A stretch of 62,211 nucleotides of DNA, filler included, from Actinomycetota bacterium (lineage in GTDB: Bacteria; Actinomycetota; Actinomycetes; JAKEEW01), in assembly GCA_046725875.1 (NCBI GenBank). It is 5 parts of 5 records of this genome, joined end to end, with 100 filler letters (N's around TTAATTAATTAA, not from the genome) between each part and the next. Parts side by side here need not be neighbours in the genome. Positions count along the whole stretch, not along the records: positions 1 to 24,650 come from JBKOZJ010000115.1; 4 more parts are not named here. One strand, given 5' to 3'. The stretch's first letter is position 1; each line of letters begins with the position of its first letter. A program made the translations under genes and the position numbers. Of the stretch, positions 10,220 to 20,256 are shown one piece after another. The notes below the pieces were generated by a model. It was not told the origin of the DNA and made no database searches. It saw only the letters and a list, made by a program, of their open reading frames with translations.

Positions 10220-13200
10220 ATGGGCATGTCCCTGCCTGAGGTCACCCGTGGCCTGCGCAGGCCCAGGCTGGAGGCACGCCTCGACGCGACTACCGAGCAC
10301 CGGCTGACGTTGGTCATAGCGGCCGCCGGCTACGGCAAGACGATGCTGCTCAGGTCGTGGGCGCAACGAGCGCCGGTGGTCTGGCATACCGTCTCGGACG
10401 CAGACCGAGCGCCTGGTGCTCTCGCTCGGCGTGTCGTCGACGCCCTGCAGTTGCGGGTACCGAACCTTTCGGCAGATCTGCTGGTCGCGGCCACCCGGCT
10501 GCGCGGGCTGGGAACCGACGATGAGACTCGAGCCGAGGCTTATGCCGCCGCACTAGCTGAGGCGCTGGACGGCGCCCTGGCGCGCGGCTTGGTGCTTGTT
10601 CTGGATGACGTACAAGAAATCGGTGCGATCGGTGAAGCGTCGCGGTTCGTGGCCGCCCTCGCGCGGCAGGCCCCGCCGCGGTTCCGGTTGGTCGTCGCCG
10701 GCCGCGATGCGCCGCCGTTGGGCACGGCGCGGCTACTCGCCCACGGCGACGCGGTGGAATTCGGTGCGGCAGATCTTGCCTTCACCGTCGACGAGACCGC
10801 CGAGCTACTGGCCGAGGCCCGGGTGCCCCAGCCGGATGGCACGGCCGAGAAGCTGCATGCCGCGACGGGAGGCTGGCCGGTCGCGACGCGCTTGGCGCTG
10901 GAGGCCGTCGCCGGCGGCGACAGCGTCGCGGAGCTGCCCGGACTGCTAGGAAAGCCGGGCGGCCTGCTGCTCGACTACATGGCCGAGGAGGTCGTCGGAC
11001 GGGAGCCGCACGCAGTGCTCGACCTCCTAGCCCGCGCCGAACCTCTGTTCACGCTCGATGGCGACCTTGCCGCCGCCGTGGGCGTCAAGGATGCCCGCGC
11101 CGTCCTCGCGAGCGCGCTCCGCCGCGGGATCTACTTCGAACCGGTGCCCGTGCTCCCGGGCACGGTCCGCCTCACCCCGCTCTTCCGGTCCTTCATCCAG
11201 GCCCGCCACATGCTGCCCGAGCGCGAGCGGCGGGCGGTGATGGAGGCGGCCGCGAGGTGGCATGAGCGAGCCGGCCAGCCGTCCGAGGCGCTCGGTTACT
11301 GGACCCTCTTGGGTGACTCCGTTGCATTGATCCGGCTGCTCCGCAAGCGTGGCAGCGACCTGGTGAGCAGCGGTCAGGTGCGCCCGGTCGTCGACGCGGT
11401 CGCCGGAATCCCCGAGCGGCGCCCCCCGGACGTCGAGTCCCTGGCCGGAGAAGCTTGGCTGCTGCTCGGCGACTGGGACCAGGCGATGGCGTGCTACCGG
11501 CGGGCGCTACCCGCCCGGCGCAAGGTTCCAGCCACACTCGCCTGGCGAATCGGTCTGCTCCACCACCTCCGGGGCGAGCTTGACGCGGCGGTGACGGCAT
11601 ATGACGGCGGCGATGCCGCCGATCCGGACCTCGCAGCGCGCGCGCTGCTGCTGAGTTGGTCGGCGGGCGCGCAATGGCTGCGCGGCGAGCTGGAACGCTG
11701 CCGGGAGCTCGCCGCGAAGGCCCTTGCCGCCGCTCGCGCCTGCGGCGACCATCGAGCGCTGGCGAACGCGCATACCGTCTCCGCGATGGTTGCTGCGGTC
11801 GACGGTGACCGGGCCGCCAACGACGCTCACTACCTCCGGGCACTCGACCACGCCACCGCAGCCGGAGATCTCCTGCAGCTCGTCCGCATCCACACCAACC
11901 GGGCCAGCCTCCATCTTGAAGAAGGTGACGCCGCGGAGTCGCTCGCCGAGGCCGACCTCGCCCTGCGCCTTGCTGACCTGGCCGGCTTCGCCCTGCTTCG
12001 GGCGCTGGCGCTCTCCAACCGGGCACAGGCGCTTCTCTCGCTTGGCCGGGTCGACGAGGCGTACGCGGAGTTGCAGGCATCGCGTGTGCTCTACGAGCGG
12101 CTCGAGTCGCCGATGGCCGCCTACGCCTACCAGTCCCTGGCAGACATCCACCGGCTGCGCGGGGACCGTGCGGCCGCGCGGGCGGCGTACTCCCGGGCCA
12201 TCTCGCTCGCCGAGGCGGTCGACGACGTTCAGGGGACCGTGCCCGCACTGTCCGGCCTCGCGGCCCTGCTTGCCACAGACGAGCCAGGCGTCGCCAGCAA
12301 GCTCGTGCTTCGAGCGCTCGACGCCGGTCCTTCTCTCGGCCGGACTCAGGCGCTGATCGCGGCGGCGACCGTGAGCCTCGCTGCCGGCGACCCGTCTGCT
12401 GCCGCGAGCCAAGCGAGGGAGGCTCTGCGCGAGGCTCAGGCGCGCCGCGACCGGCCCGGACTGGCCGAGGCCAGAGAGATCATCGCGACGGTCACCGGTG
12501 ACCCAGCCGCCGCCCGGCAGGCCGTCGATATGTGGGAGGAACTCGGCAACCCGATCGGCAAGGCGCGAGCGTTGATCGTCCTCGCCGAGCTCGAACCGTC
12601 GGCCGACTCGGTTGCCCAAGCCAACGCCGCAGCCGACCACGCGGCGACGCTCGGTGCGCGGGAGCTCGCCGCTCGCGCCACCACTCTGCTCGGCGACCTG
12701 CACCGCCGCGAAGTACCCGAGGTCGCGGTCGCCTGCCTCGGCGGACTCCGGGTGGAGCGCAGTGGCGAGCCGGTGCCGGCCGGAGCGTGGCAATCCCGGA
12801 AGGCGCGCGACCTGCTCAAGCTTCTCGTTGCCCGACGGGGCCGCGCAGTCCACCGCGAGCAGATCGCGGAGATCTTGTGGCCGGACGAGGATCCGGTTCG
12901 AACCGGCAATCGCCTCTCGGTTGCGCTGTCGACACTGCGGTCCGTGCTCGATCCAGATCACAGACAGCCTGCCGACCACTACATAGCGGCAGACGCTGAA
13001 GCCGTCCGCCTCGATCGGGAACACGTAGATGTGGACGTCGAGCGGTTCCTCGCCGACGCCACCCGCGGCCTTCGCCTCGCTGGGGACGGCGACGATCCGG
13101 AGCGCGCGCGAGCGGCACGCAGCGTGCTCGAACGCGCCGAGCTGGCCTATACAGGTGAGCTGTTCGAAGACGACCCGTATCCGGATTGGGCGGTAGACCT

Positions 13201-13468
13201 GCGCGAGGAGGCTCGGCTGCGCTACCTGGAGGTGGTCCGGGCGTTGGCCGCGTTGGCGGCGGCTGCCGGTGACCCCGGCGCCCAGGCCCGCTACCTGCTC
13301 CGGCTGCTCGAACGTGACCCGTATGACGAGGGTGCCCATCTGGCTCTCGTACGACTGCTCGCAGCTGCAGGCCGCCACGGCGAGGCAAGGCGGCGTTATC
13401 GGCTCTACAGCCGTCGCATGGAGGAGATCGAGGTCGAGGCCGCTCCCTATCCAGGCGGGCCGGGCTGA
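10220..13468 (+). CDS. MalT-like STAND ATPase/TPR regulator with C-terminal SARP-type (wHTH + BTAD) domain
   Basis: Walker A AAAGYGKT, Walker B LVLDD, TGGWP, helical repeats, then WQSRKARDLLKLL, LWP, DVDVERF, DPYDEGAH; ATG 10220 after GGGAGG. Confidence 0.9.
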   Translation: MGMSLPEVTRGLRRPRLEARLDATTEHRLTLVIAAAGYGKTMLLRSWAQRAPVVWHTVSDADRAPGALARRVVDALQLRVPNLSADLLVAATRLRGLGTDDETRAEAYAAALAEALDGALARGLVLVLDDVQEIGAIGEASRFVAALARQAPPRFRLVVAGRDAPPLGTARLLAHGDAVEFGAADLAFTVDETAELLAEARVPQPDGTAEKLHAATGGWPVATRLALEAVAGGDSVAELPGLLGKPGGLLLDYMAEEVVGREPHAVLDLLARAEPLFTLDGDLAAAVGVKDARAVLASALRRGIYFEPVPVLPGTVRLTPLFRSFIQARHMLPERERRAVMEAAARWHERAGQPSEALGYWTLLGDSVALIRLLRKRGSDLVSSGQVRPVVDAVAGIPERRPPDVESLAGEAWLLLGDWDQAMACYRRALPARRKVPATLAWRIGLLHHLRGELDAAVTAYDGGDAADPDLAARALLLSWSAGAQWLRGELERCRELAAKALAAARACGDHRALANAHTVSAMVAAVDGDRAANDAHYLRALDHATAAGDLLQLVRIHTNRASLHLEEGDAAESLAEADLALRLADLAGFALLRALALSNRAQALLSLGRVDEAYAELQASRVLYERLESPMAAYAYQSLADIHRLRGDRAAARAAYSRAISLAEAVDDVQGTVPALSGLAALLATDEPGVASKLVLRALDAGPSLGRTQALIAAATVSLAAGDPSAAASQAREALREAQARRDRPGLAEAREIIATVTGDPAAARQAVDMWEELGNPIGKARALIVLAELEPSADSVAQANAAADHAATLGARELAARATTLLGDLHRREVPEVAVACLGGLRVERSGEPVPAGAWQSRKARDLLKLLVARRGRAVHREQIAEILWPDEDPVRTGNRLSVALSTLRSVLDPDHRQPADHYIAADAEAVRLDREHVDVDVERFLADATRGLRLAGDGDDPERARAARSVLERAELAYTGELFEDDPYPDWAVDLREEARLRYLEVVRALAALAAAAGDPGAQARYLLRLLERDPYDEGAHLALVRLLAAAGRHGEARRRYRLYSRRMEEIEVEAAPYPGGPG

Positions 13469-13482
13469 TAGACAGTCACGCC

Positions 13483-15687
13483 ATGGGTCGGATCAGGATC
13501 GGCATTGACACCGGCGGCACCTTCACCGATGTCGTCGCACTGGACGAGGAAAGCGGACGGCTGGCCACAACGAAGGTGCCGTCCACGCCCGCTGACCCGG
13601 CCGACGGATTCCTTGCCGCGATCGACAAGATCATCGAGACTCTGGGGCAGGAGGCCGGCGCGAGTGATCGCGCCGATGGCAGCAGCTCGGGAACGATCGA
13701 CGTAGCCGCGATCTCACATGGCACGACCGTGGCCACAAACCAGCTTCTCCAGGACGATCTCGGGGACCTGGGTTTCATTACCACTGAGGGCTTCGAGTTC
13801 GTACTCGAGATCGCCCGGCAGTCCGTGCCGGACGGCTACGGCAACTCGTACTTCTGGGTGAAGCCGCCACGGATCGTCCCAGCGCATCGGGTGAAGACCG
13901 TCACAGGGCGGCTGGATCCAGAGGGCATGGAAGTGCGGCCGTTCGACGAGACGGCAGCCGCCGGCGTGGCCCGCTGGTTCAGGGCCAACGGCGTCAATAC
14001 TCTCGGCATCTGCTTCTTGCACTCGTACGCCAATCCTGCTCACGAGCGGGCAATGCGCGAGATCCTGCGCCGCGAACATCCAGCCGCGGTGGTCTCGATC
14101 TCCTCCGACGTGCTGCGGGAGTATCGGGAGTACGAGCGATCGGTTACGACTCTCGTCGACGCGGCCGTCAAGCCGCGCGTCGCGGCGTACATCCAAGGCA
14201 TTCAGGGCCGGCTCGCCGCGCGCACGGGCGCGGCCCGGGACCACAGTGGCGACGCCCGGCGCCCCGACGTGTCGCGGCGCAGCATGCCGTTCTACGTGAT
14301 GAAGTCGAACGGGGGAGTGCTTTCCGCGGACGAGGTCGTCCACCAGCCGATCACGACGATCCTCTCCGGCCCGGCGGCCGGTGCCCTGGGGGCGGCGCTG
14401 GTCGCCCGCACTGCCGGCCACGGCTCGGTGCTGACCCTCGACGGCGGAGGCACGTCAACCGACGTCTCCGTGATAATCGATGGCCAGCCGTCCGTCACTA
14501 CCGAGGGCCAGGTGGGACGTCATCCGGTCAAGATCCCGATGGTCGAGGTGATCACCGTGGGTGCCGGCGGTGGTTCGATCGCCTGGGTGTCCGCCGAGGG
14601 GACCCTGAAGGTCGGTCCGCGCTCGGCCGGCGCGGACCCGGGTCCAATCTGCTACGGCCTGGGCGGCACTGAGCCGACCGTCACCGACGCGGTCGCATAT
14701 CTCGGCCGCATTCCACCGCACCTGCTCGGCGGGGAGATACCGCTCGACGTGCCCTCAGCCGGGGAAGGTCTCGCCAAACTGGCCGAGCGGCTCGGCATGG
14801 AGACCGAGGATGTCGCCGCCGGCATCCTCGAGATATCAGCCTGGAACCAGGCGAACGCGATCCGGCAAGTCACGGTCAAACGCGGGCTCGACGTACGCGA
14901 CTTCGTCCTTGCGACCTTCGGTGGTTCCGGGTCGCTGCTCGCCTGTCGGCTGGTCGACGTCCTCGGCCTGCAAGGCGTGCTCGTGCCGCGCGATCCGGGT
15001 AGCCTCTCGGCGTTCGGGCTGCTGACGGTAGACGTCAAGAACGACTATGTGCAGACCCATGTCCGCCGGCACGACGTACTCGACCTTCCCGAGGTCGATC
15101 GGGTATACGCGGACCTCGAGGCGCATGCTGCCGCTGCCCTCGATCGCGAGGGATTCGATCACGACTCGCACGCCTACCTGCGCTCAGCCGACCTGCGCTA
15201 CTTCGGGCAGGCGTTCGAGGTGCGCGTCGGCGCGCCGGCGGGACCGGTCGACGCAAACTTCGCGGGGCGGGTCGTGGCCGCATTCCACGACGCGCATGAG
15301 CGGCTCTATGGCTACTGCTACCGCGATGACTCTTCAGGAAGCCACACCGTCGAGTGGGTCAATCTGCGGGTTTCCGGCGTCGGCCCGATCACCCGCCCGG
15401 CACTGCCACGCCTGCCGACGAGGGATGGCGACGCGTCCGGAGCGCGTACGGGGACCAGGCGGGTGCGGTTCGACGAATGGATCGACACGCCAACTTACGC
15501 GCGGGATCGACTGCTGCCCGGAGACGTGATCGATGGACCGGCTGTCATCGAGGAGTTCGGCTCGACCATCCCCGTGCACCCCCGGTACACCGTCATCGTC
15601 GACCCGATTGCCAACCTCACCTTGGCCCGTTCCTCCCCCCTTGACGCGCCACCCCGGTGCCCCGGCCCGGCGGACCGCATCCGCTGA
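13483..15687 (+). CDS. hyuA: Hydantoinase/oxoprolinase subunit A (ATP-dependent)
   Basis: IDTGGTFTD, HGTTVATN, SGPAAG, DGGGTSTD, GAGGGSIA, SAGADPGP. Confidence 0.93.
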   Translation: MGRIRIGIDTGGTFTDVVALDEESGRLATTKVPSTPADPADGFLAAIDKIIETLGQEAGASDRADGSSSGTIDVAAISHGTTVATNQLLQDDLGDLGFITTEGFEFVLEIARQSVPDGYGNSYFWVKPPRIVPAHRVKTVTGRLDPEGMEVRPFDETAAAGVARWFRANGVNTLGICFLHSYANPAHERAMREILRREHPAAVVSISSDVLREYREYERSVTTLVDAAVKPRVAAYIQGIQGRLAARTGAARDHSGDARRPDVSRRSMPFYVMKSNGGVLSADEVVHQPITTILSGPAAGALGAALVARTAGHGSVLTLDGGGTSTDVSVIIDGQPSVTTEGQVGRHPVKIPMVEVITVGAGGGSIAWVSAEGTLKVGPRSAGADPGPICYGLGGTEPTVTDAVAYLGRIPPHLLGGEIPLDVPSAGEGLAKLAERLGMETEDVAAGILEISAWNQANAIRQVTVKRGLDVRDFVLATFGGSGSLLACRLVDVLGLQGVLVPRDPGSLSAFGLLTVDVKNDYVQTHVRRHDVLDLPEVDRVYADLEAHAAAALDREGFDHDSHAYLRSADLRYFGQAFEVRVGAPAGPVDANFAGRVVAAFHDAHERLYGYCYRDDSSGSHTVEWVNLRVSGVGPITRPALPRLPTRDGDASGARTGTRRVRFDEWIDTPTYARDRLLPGDVIDGPAVIEEFGSTIPVHPRYTVIVDPIANLTLARSSPLDAPPRCPGPADRIR

Positions 15688-15728
15688 TCGGAGGAGCGCG
15701 GCCACGTCTGCGCCGGATGTTCGGGACT

Positions 15729-16610
15729 TCACTCTGCCAGGCTGGCCAGGAAGTCGTTGAGTACCCTGTCCGCAATCCGCTCCGGGTCCGGTGACGGACC
15801 GAACTCCTCGCGAAGCTCCCGGTTGAACTGATCGACCTCGGTGGGGAGCCGGTCGAGGAACGCATCGAGCCCGCGCTGGGCGTACCGCCGGAGGAGCGGG
15901 GCGAGGATCGCGACAATCGGCCGGGCCACGCCCCGACCCCGCGCCCGGATGGCCACCTCGACGGTCCAGAACCCGGTGCCTGCCTCTCTGATCGCCACCT
16001 CCGCCCAGCCGTATGCCCGCCCATGTTTCGCCTCCGCGACGAGCTGTGGGCCGCTGCTTTGCACCGGCGGCATCTGGTCGAGCGCACTGCCAGCCTTGAC
16101 CGTGAAGGGTCCTCCCGCGGGCCAGCCGCCCGGGACCGTTCCGGCTACCTCAACGGCAATGCGCTCGGGTCGGTCCGGGCGCCGGAGCTCCGCTTCGACG
16201 AAATCTGGACCGCCGACCCGTTGAACTCGGATACGGAGGCGGTGGATGTCGTCCGCGAGGAGTTCCACCAACGTCTTGGACGGCCGCGGCTCATCGCCGA
16301 CTCCTTCATCTGGAGGGTTCGGGACGTGTGCCGAGGCCAACAACACGAGGTAGCGCGTGCCGGGGTGGGGATGAGATCCCTGCTCGACCCGCAAGCCTTC
16401 GCGCCGGGGGCCGGCTGCGGGGGCGTACACGCCCTGCTCGAAAGGCAGCCCGCGCCAGCGCTGCGCCAGAGCGGGGAGCACCGCCGCGAGCGTACGCACG
16501 TCGATTGCGCTCAGGGTCGTCTGCGCCCCGACACGGATCACGGGCAATGTTATCCAGCCAGCGATCGTGCAACTGGTAGATGACAAAGCCGGATCATTGT
16601 CGACATCCAA
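15729..16610 (-). CDS. Hypothetical protein on the opposite strand between hyuA and hyuB
   Basis: Only long ORF filling the ~1 kb gap; protein-like composition; start uncertain. Confidence 0.65.
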   Translation of the reverse strand: MDVDNDPALSSTSCTIAGWITLPVIRVGAQTTLSAIDVRTLAAVLPALAQRWRGLPFEQGVYAPAAGPRREGLRVEQGSHPHPGTRYLVLLASAHVPNPPDEGVGDEPRPSKTLVELLADDIHRLRIRVQRVGGPDFVEAELRRPDRPERIAVEVAGTVPGGWPAGGPFTVKAGSALDQMPPVQSSGPQLVAEAKHGRAYGWAEVAIREAGTGFWTVEVAIRARGRGVARPIVAILAPLLRRYAQRGLDAFLDRLPTEVDQFNRELREEFGPSPDPERIADRVLNDFLASLAE

Positions 16611-16728
16611 ACCCGCGGGCAGCGGTGATCCGGCGACCGGGATGCCGCATTTTGCGTGCCGCTCCTAAAAGGCGGGTTGGCGGGTCTTGCCAGCGCCACA
16701 TGCGCGCCCGACCGGTTAACTGCATGTC

Positions 16729-18606
16729 ATGAATGCGGATTCGGCGTGGGTAGACCCGGTGCTGGTGGAGATTGTCGAGGGGACGCTGGCGTCGGTCGAG
16801 CGGGAGGTGGAGACGGCGATCGGCCGAACGGCACGCTCGCCGATGATCCGCGATGCGCACGACTTCCGGGCAGGCATTCATGACCGACGGCTGCGAAAGC
16901 TCACCGGCCGCTCGTACTCGGCGCTGGTCCACCCGATCGTCCGGGACTTCCCAATAGAGACGATGAATCCGGGCGATGTGTACTTCCACAACGACGTTTA
17001 CCTGTCCGAGGGCGGCATCGGCCACCTGCCGGACCTTTGCGTGACGGTTCCGGTCTTCCACGACGCGGGCCACGGCGCCGAGGTTGTCGCCTTCGTCCAA
17101 GCCTTTGGCCACCACGACGACATCGGCGGCGCTGTGCCAGGCTCGATGCCCTCGACCGCGACCAGCGTCTACGAAGAGGGCCTCATGGTCCCTCCGATCA
17201 AGCTATGGGACGAGGGCATCCCAAGCGCAGCCGCGCTGCGCATCATGACGCGCAACTCGCGCATGCCCGAGTCGCTCGCCGGCGACCTGGACGCGGAATG
17301 CTCGGCCTGCCTCATGGGCGCTCGGCGCCTCGCCGAACTCTTCGACCGCTACGGCCGCGATCGGGTGGAGGCATGCTTCGACGCCATCGTGTCGAAGACC
17401 ACCGACACGTTTCGGCGGGAGATCCTCGCCAAGATCCCCGACGGGACATATGCCTGGGAGGACTATGCGGAGCACGACGGGATCGACCCGCCAAAGCTGC
17501 ACGCCCAGCGAATCACTCTGACCAAGACCGATGACCGGATGATCCTCGACTTCGCCGGGACCTCGCCGCAGGCGCGGGGGCCGATCAACCATGCCGGCGA
17601 TTATGCGGACGGCAACTTCCTGGCCAAGTGGCTCGCACCGATCCTGCGCAACCTCGCCGACACGCCTGCGCGCGCGGCCGAGCTTGACGTCAACGAGGGC
17701 GTCGTGCCCCTCCTCGAGCTGCGCTTCCCGTCGAAGGGGACGCTGCTCACGCCGGTCTTCCCGGCGCCGACCAACGCCCGCACCTTCGTCATCCTCCGGT
17801 TGCTCGGCGTCTTCGGGGGCGTACTCGCCAAGGCAGTGGACGGCCGGATGCCGGCCGACCAGGAGACCATCCGCTATACCGGGGTCTACGGGACCGACGG
17901 CGTCGGCCGCTCATACCTCATGCGCGAGGTGCTCGGCGGCGGCTCCGGGGGCCGGTGGTACGCCGACGGCGAGGACACCATCCACGTCGTCCCCGACTCG
18001 CGGAATCTGCCCGCGGAGTTCACCGAGTCGCGCTTCCCGCTGCGGGTCGAGCGCCTCGGCCTGGCCGTGGACAGCGGCGGACCCGGCCAGTTCCGGGGTG
18101 GGCTTGGCTACGAGAAGCACATCCGGGTCCTGCGTGACTGCTTCTTCATGTCGATCGCGGACCGCTCGATCCTCGCCTGCTGGGGAGTGCGCGGCGGCTT
18201 GGCCGGGCGCCCGTTCCAGGTGACGATCGATCCCGACGGCCCAGACGAGCGCGAGGCCGACGCGCTCGCCGACGCCGAGCCGGTTGGTGCCGGCGAGGTC
18301 ATCCGGATCCGGACCACGGGCGGTGGCGGGTGGGGCGATCCGCTCGACCGGGAGGTGGAGCGGGTGCTCGGCGACGTGCGTGACGGCAAGGTCTCCATCG
18401 CCGGCGCCCGCGACGACTATGGGGTCGTCGCGGAACCCGATTACGACTCCGTCCGCGTGGACATGGCCACCACGGCCGAGCTGCGAGAGGCGATGCGGCG
18501 GTCCCGCGCGGCTCAGTGGCCCGGCGACCGGCTTCCTTTCTTCGACCGGGGGCCCGGCTACTCCCGGCTGTCCGGCCGTTCCCACTCCGATCTTGACTTC
18601 GCCTGA
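16729..18606 (+). CDS. hyuB: Hydantoinase B/oxoprolinase family subunit
   Basis: RTARSPMIRDAHD, GHLPD, HHDDIGGAVPGS, EEG, DSGGPGQFRGG, TTGGGGWGDP. Confidence 0.93.
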   Translation: MNADSAWVDPVLVEIVEGTLASVEREVETAIGRTARSPMIRDAHDFRAGIHDRRLRKLTGRSYSALVHPIVRDFPIETMNPGDVYFHNDVYLSEGGIGHLPDLCVTVPVFHDAGHGAEVVAFVQAFGHHDDIGGAVPGSMPSTATSVYEEGLMVPPIKLWDEGIPSAAALRIMTRNSRMPESLAGDLDAECSACLMGARRLAELFDRYGRDRVEACFDAIVSKTTDTFRREILAKIPDGTYAWEDYAEHDGIDPPKLHAQRITLTKTDDRMILDFAGTSPQARGPINHAGDYADGNFLAKWLAPILRNLADTPARAAELDVNEGVVPLLELRFPSKGTLLTPVFPAPTNARTFVILRLLGVFGGVLAKAVDGRMPADQETIRYTGVYGTDGVGRSYLMREVLGGGSGGRWYADGEDTIHVVPDSRNLPAEFTESRFPLRVERLGLAVDSGGPGQFRGGLGYEKHIRVLRDCFFMSIADRSILACWGVRGGLAGRPFQVTIDPDGPDEREADALADAEPVGAGEVIRIRTTGGGGWGDPLDREVERVLGDVRDGKVSIAGARDDYGVVAEPDYDSVRVDMATTAELREAMRRSRAAQWPGDRLPFFDRGPGYSRLSGRSHSDLDFA

Positions 18607-18813
18607 TCCGCCACCGCTCAGTGCCGGTGGCGTGACCGGCACCCCTCACTGGATCGGCCCGAGTCGGTGATCCCCAACCACTGCAAGATCCACTGAGGGT
18701 GCCTCGCGGAAAGGGTGTCGCCTGCGAGGTAGTACCCCTGCTTCTCGTGGGTATGGAGATCAGTTAGACAATCCGAGGGGGGCTGCTTCTGGACGGACCA
18801 GGAGGCGGCCAGA

Positions 18814-20232
18814 ATGACCGAAGAGCGGCTTTGGACACCGCACAGCAGGCGCTACTTCCTCCGGACGATGGGGCTGACCGCTCTTGGCGTAACCGCCGCG
18901 GCCGCCTGCGCCAGCGAAGAGGAACCCGCCGGCCAAACACCGAGCAGTCCCGCACCTTCCGAGACCTTCAGCGAGCCGGCCTCGAAGCTGTCCGGGAATC
19001 TGAAGATCCTCATGTGGAGCCACTTCGTGCCGGCGGCGGACAAGTGGTTCGACCCATTCGCCAAGGAGTGGGGCCAGAAGGTCGGCGTCAATGTCACGGT
19101 CGACCACATCAACGTCACCGAGATCCCGGCCAGGATCGCGGCTGAGATCCAGGCCGGGCAGGGCCATGACTTGATCCAGTTCATCGCGACGCTCTCGCAG
19201 TTCGAGCCGAGCGTCCTCGCGCTCAACGACGTCACCGAGGAGGCCAACCAGCGCTGGGGTAACCAGCTGGAGTTGTGCCGGAAGTCGAGCTTCAACCCGA
19301 CGACCGGCAACTTCTACGCCTACGCCCCGGGCTGGGTGCCCGACCCGGGCGACTACCGGAGGTCGTTGTGGAGCGCGGCCGGCATGCCCGACGGCCCAAA
19401 GACCTGGGATGACCTCGTCCGCGGCGGCGGCGAGATCAAGAAGAGCAAGGGCGTGCAAATGGGCGTCGGCATGTCCCAGGAGATTGACTCGAACATGGCG
19501 GCGAGCGCGCTGCTGTGGTCGTTCGGCGCGTCGGTGCAGAACGAGAACGAGGAAGTCGTCATCAACTCGCCCGAGACCGTCGCCGCCGTCGAGCTGATGA
19601 CCAAGCTCTACAAAGAGGCAATGACCGACGAGGTCTTCTCGTGGAACCCTGCCTCTAACAACCAGGGACTGATCGCCGGCAAGCTCTCGTACATCCTCAA
19701 CTCGATCTCGGCCTGGCGTACCGCACAAGAGCAGAACCCTGATGTCGCCGACGACATCTTCTTCACGCCCGCGCTGGCCGGGCCGAGCACCGCGATGGCC
19801 GCGCAGCACGTGATGTACAACTGGATCGTCCCGAAGCACGCGGCCAACCCGGACGCGGCGAAGGAGTTTCTGCTCCACTACACCGGCAACCACGCGGCGG
19901 TGACCTACAACTCGAAGCTCTACGATTTCCCCGCCTGGTCGAAGCTCGTACCTCAGCTCAAGGGCTGGCTGCAGAGCGACCCGTTCGGCGCGAAGCCCCC
20001 GTCCAAGCTCGCGTTCCTCGCCGACGCGCTCGATTGGAGCACCAACATCGGTCATCCGGGACCAGCAAACACCGCTTCTGGCGAGATCTTCAACACGTTC
20101 GTGCTGTCGAACATGCTTGCTCGGGCCGCGCGCGGGCAGCAGACCCCCGATCAGGCCGTGGCAACAGCCGAGCGCGAGTGCAACGCCATATTCAAGAAGT
20201 GGCGGGAGCGTGGCCTGGTCGGTGGTGGATAG
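18814..20232 (+). CDS. ABC transporter substrate-binding lipoprotein (CUT1 type, Tat signal)
   Basis: Twin-arginine SRRYFLR, lipobox AAAC; first gene of an ABC operon; AGGAGG RBS. Confidence 0.9.
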   Translation: MTEERLWTPHSRRYFLRTMGLTALGVTAAAACASEEEPAGQTPSSPAPSETFSEPASKLSGNLKILMWSHFVPAADKWFDPFAKEWGQKVGVNVTVDHINVTEIPARIAAEIQAGQGHDLIQFIATLSQFEPSVLALNDVTEEANQRWGNQLELCRKSSFNPTTGNFYAYAPGWVPDPGDYRRSLWSAAGMPDGPKTWDDLVRGGGEIKKSKGVQMGVGMSQEIDSNMAASALLWSFGASVQNENEEVVINSPETVAAVELMTKLYKEAMTDEVFSWNPASNNQGLIAGKLSYILNSISAWRTAQEQNPDVADDIFFTPALAGPSTAMAAQHVMYNWIVPKHAANPDAAKEFLLHYTGNHAAVTYNSKLYDFPAWSKLVPQLKGWLQSDPFGAKPPSKLAFLADALDWSTNIGHPGPANTASGEIFNTFVLSNMLARAARGQQTPDQAVATAERECNAIFKKWRERGLVGGG

Positions 20233-20256
20233 GTCGCGAGGTCGGGTGATCCTGTC

